From: an uncultured Thermococci archaeon
GTDB lineage: Archaea; Methanobacteriota_B; Thermococci; Thermococcales; Thermococcaceae
NCBI GenBank assembly: GCA_964615185.1
Contig: CAZTOS010000037.1
Location: forward strand, 1 to 21,745
Length of the DNA: 21,745 bases
Direction: 5' to 3'
The translations under genes and the position numbers were made by a program. The notes below the pieces were generated by a model. The model saw only the letters and a list, made by a program, of their open reading frames with translations, was not told the DNA's origin and did no database searches. Positions 19,300 to 21,745 of the stretch are shown here, in pieces; positions within the stretch are counted from its first letter, which is position 1; each line of letters starts with the position of its first letter.

Positions 19300-19921
19300 G
19301 CTTTTCTTCAATTTTCCTTAAAGTTTTCCAGCTTCTTCTAACTATTGGAGGAAATTCCCCGTGTTCTTTGTAATATTCCTCAAGAAATTTTATCGTCCTT
19401 GGGTCACTTGGGTAACCAGATCCTATCTCTCCATACTGCTCTTTGAGCTTCTCAATTGCCCTATCTCTCACGACTTTTGCTAAAATTGAGGCAGCAGAAA
19501 CAGGGAGATATTTGTCATCAGCTTTATGCTCGGCTATTATTTTTGGAGAAAAGTTCAGCCTCTTGCCAATTATTTCGCCAAAACGCTCTTCTTTTACATC
19601 AGCGGCATCAATGTAAATTACATCGGGCTTCACCTTTAAAGAGTTAAGGGCTTTTATGAAGTTCTCAACCTCGAACTCATTCATTGTGCCAATTCTTCCA
19701 TCTATCTGCTCCGGGCTTAGCTCAATAATTACATAATCATCTAAAAGTGTAATTATTTCATTGAACAGCTTTTCTCTTCTCTTTGGTGTCACTTTCTTCG
19801 AGTCTCTAACTCCAAGCGCCTCAAGCTTGCTCAAATTTTTTTCATCAATAACAACTGCTGCTATGACAAGAGGCCCTATAACCGGCCCCCTTCCAGCTTC
19901 ATCAATGCCTCCAAGCTTCAT
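19244..19921 (-). CDS. rnhB: Ribonuclease HII
   Basis: GIDEAGRGPVIGP, DSKK, EHKAD, SAASILAKV.RD, GSGYPSDP; C-terminal PIP box QRNLLDFL; GAGGTG RBS before ATG 19921. Confidence 0.96.
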   Translation of the reverse strand: MKLGGIDEAGRGPVIGPLVIAAVVIDEKNLSKLEALGVRDSKKVTPKRREKLFNEIITLLDDYVIIELSPEQIDGRIGTMNEFEVENFIKALNSLKVKPDVIYIDAADVKEERFGEIIGKRLNFSPKIIAEHKADDKYLPVSAASILAKVVRDRAIEKLKEQYGEIGSGYPSDPRTIKFLEEYYKEHGEFPPIVRRSWKTLRKIEEKLKAQTQKKNQRNLLDFLR

Positions 19922-19932
19922 TTTTCGGCACC

Positions 19933-20754
19933 TCATTTTTTGAATGTCAATGCTCCGTATATCACTCCCAATAAAATTGTTGTTATTCCACTTGGAGGTA
20001 TGTTAGTGGCATATGCCAAGAATATTGATAAGATTTCAATACTAAGTGTCAGAAAGAGGCTTATACCTACGATTTTTCTTAAATCATCGCTGAGCATCAT
20101 GGCAATTGCTCCAGGAAGGACGGCGACAACTTGAAGCGTTATTAAGCCAACGGTTTTGACTATTAGCGCTCCAATCGCACCTACGATAACATAAAGAATC
20201 ATCAAATATGCCCTGACGTTCCCGCCATAGCTTTCAACTCCTTCTGGGTCAAAACTGACATAAAGGAAGTTCCTATAGAGGAAGAGCATGAGCAAGAAAA
20301 GCAAAAACCCACCAAAAATTAACATTTCTAAATCGCTGATTGTTATCAAGAAGACCTCCCCCGTTAAGTAGGAGACTATGCTTTCTGAAAGTGCAAAATA
20401 TGGCCTTGATGCCATGACTTTGTAGAGAATTCCAAAACCAAGAACAGTTGCCCCCGCAACGAAGCTTGAGACAATTCCAATAGCAGTGTCGCTTGTAAAT
20501 CCTCTGTTCTCTATCTCTGCTATCGTTATGACAACAAAAATAGTCACAACAAGAGCAACCCATATAATTATACCAAGATTTCCAATTAAAAGTCCTAAAA
20601 TCATGCCCAAAACTGCACCAAAGAGAAGGGAGTGAAACGTTGCATGGGTAAGAAAAGCTAAACCTTTCATGTTAATTAACGGACTGAGCATACCAAGGAG
20701 AACGCTTATCATTATGCTCGCGAGGAGGGCTCTTAAGAGGTATTCTGGAATCAT
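19933..20754 (-). CDS. Metal (Zn/Mn) ABC transporter permease (ABC-3 family)
   Basis: AFLTHATFHSLLFG, DTAIG, SYLTG, SFDPEG, IKTVG, PPSG; hydrophobic; ATGA overlap with the ATPase. Confidence 0.88.
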   Translation of the reverse strand: MIPEYLLRALLASIMISVLLGMLSPLINMKGLAFLTHATFHSLLFGAVLGMILGLLIGNLGIIIWVALVVTIFVVITIAEIENRGFTSDTAIGIVSSFVAGATVLGFGILYKVMASRPYFALSESIVSYLTGEVFLITISDLEMLIFGGFLLFLLMLFLYRNFLYVSFDPEGVESYGGNVRAYLMILYVIVGAIGALIVKTVGLITLQVVAVLPGAIAMMLSDDLRKIVGISLFLTLSIEILSIFLAYATNIPPSGITTILLGVIYGALTFKK

Positions 20755-21539
20755 CTCCGCTCACCTCTATGAATATGCACATCTCCAATGATACAGTACA
20801 ACTTACTGCCAATTTTAATAGCCTTTGAAAGCGGCCCATAAACTCTGCTTATTATCTCATCTCTCAGCACCTCTTCCGGAGTCCCAAATGCCACAAGCTG
20901 TTTATTAAGTAGCATTATCTTATCTCCAATCTCCGTCAATGGATTAACGTCGTGGGTTGTAATTATCATTGTAATACCCTTCTCGTTCTTTATCTTACTT
21001 AAGATGTTGGCAACTTCAACCCTTGCACTTGGATCTAAAGCTGAGAGGGGTTCGTCTAAAAGGAGGAGCTTTGGGTTTGAGATGAGAGCTCTTGCGAGCA
21101 GAACCCTCTGCTTTTGCCCACCACTCAGCTCTTTGAAGAGTTTGTCTTTTATGTGCTTTAATCCGACAAATTCCAGAACTTCTTCTGCAGACTTCAAGAT
21201 TTCGTTAGGGATTTTAAAGTGGACAAAACCTCTCTTGTAAATTCCTCCCATTGCAACAACTTCAAGAGCTGTTAGGGGAACTCTTTCATTTAGATAATGA
21301 CTTTGGGGGACATAGGATATGAGATCTTTAGCTTCTAACGGATGCTTTCCAAATACTATGAGTTTACCTATATACTCTGTGTGAAATCCAGCTAATGTTC
21401 TAAGAAGTGTTGTTTTGCCAGCTCCGTTTGGGCCTAAGAGAAGTAAAGTTTCACCCTCTTCGAGTTTAAAAGTTAAGTTTTCCACAGCTGTGTAGCCATC
21501 ATAATAAATGCTGACATTCTCTGCTCTCACTGCTTCCAT
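20751..21539 (-). CDS. Metal (Zn/Mn) ABC transporter ATP-binding protein
   Basis: GPNGAGKT, YVPQ, LSGGQKQR, LLLDEP, TTHD; C-terminal C..HIH metal-binding tail; GGTGA RBS. Confidence 0.92.
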   Translation of the reverse strand: MEAVRAENVSIYYDGYTAVENLTFKLEEGETLLLLGPNGAGKTTLLRTLAGFHTEYIGKLIVFGKHPLEAKDLISYVPQSHYLNERVPLTALEVVAMGGIYKRGFVHFKIPNEILKSAEEVLEFVGLKHIKDKLFKELSGGQKQRVLLARALISNPKLLLLDEPLSALDPSARVEVANILSKIKNEKGITMIITTHDVNPLTEIGDKIMLLNKQLVAFGTPEEVLRDEIISRVYGPLSKAIKIGSKLYCIIGDVHIHRGERR

Positions 21540-21554
21540 GCAATCACCCCAGAA

Positions 21555-21570
21555 TTTAGGTCTACCTAAA
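21555..21570. promoter_or_regulatory. Palindromic operator, DtxR/MntR/TroR-like, upstream of the metal ABC operon
   Basis: TTTAGGT-CT-ACCTAAA perfect 7-bp arms, lying between a minus-strand TATA (TTTAAAAG, 21596-21589) and the ATG at 21539. Confidence 0.65.
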
Positions 21571-21648
21571 ATATCCTAACCTCATGTGCTTTTAAATGTT
21601 GAGGGAACAAAAATGACTATCTAACTTCAGTGAACTTTTGCTGGAGAA

Positions 21649-21745
21649 TGGAGATTCTTATTTAGAACTAATCTTAAGCTTATTTGTCCCAACAACCCAT
21701 CCAGCATTTCAATTCTCTTAGAGTCTTATTGGAACAGAGAAAAGG
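21649..21745 (-). CRISPR. Trailer (leader-distal) end of a CRISPR array, truncated by the window edge: one intact 30-bp repeat, one 37-bp spacer, one degenerate terminal repeat
   Basis: 21706-21735 on the minus strand is GTTCCAATAAGACTCTAAGAGAATTGAAAT, a typical Thermococcales repeat with the ATTGAAAN 3' end. Spacer at 21669-21705. Degenerate repeat starting at 21668 on the minus strand (GTTCTAAATAAGAATCTCC). 21736-21745 is probably part of the next spacer. Confidence 0.85.

Noticed and set aside
646..21240. Numerous antisense or alternate-frame ORFs (e.g. 3370..3855, 8998..9360, 14364..14738, 14735..15133)
   Set aside because: They are shadows of well-supported genes on the other strand or frame and lack motifs and RBSs.

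Overview
Core-genome segment of a hyperthermophilic archaeon, most likely order Thermococcales (inferred from the gene set, GGTGA/GGAGG ribosome-binding sites and the CRISPR repeat). Genes in order: topA with a 510-aa LAGLIDADG intein two residues before the catalytic Tyr; the pdo <-> surR-ferredoxin-geranylgeranyl reductase locus with exact SurR boxes; a frameshifted trmY; a ThermoDBP-related (DUF2258) gene; adk; a MoaD/SAMP-MTH1187-methyltransferase-ParB/Srx operon; aglB; glmS; the PCNA inhibitor TIP; a wHTH-DUF1724 regulator; a probable RNA methyltransferase; a PMT-like GT-C; rnhB; and a Zn/Mn ABC ATPase plus permease with a DtxR-type operator. The window ends in the trailer end of a CRISPR array. 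The most unusual element is a ~190-nt GC-rich, highly structured non-coding unit at ~80-273. It resembles a TnpB omegaRNA (IS200/605/607 right end), including the fossil TnpB C-terminal reading frame and a candidate terminal pseudoknot, yet it has no tnpB CDS attached, has its own TATA box, carries an extra duplicated 5' module, and ends in a ~20-nt putative guide followed by a T-tract. This suggests a stand-alone, trans-acting guide RNA. All gene identifications come from motif recognition only; no searches were run.
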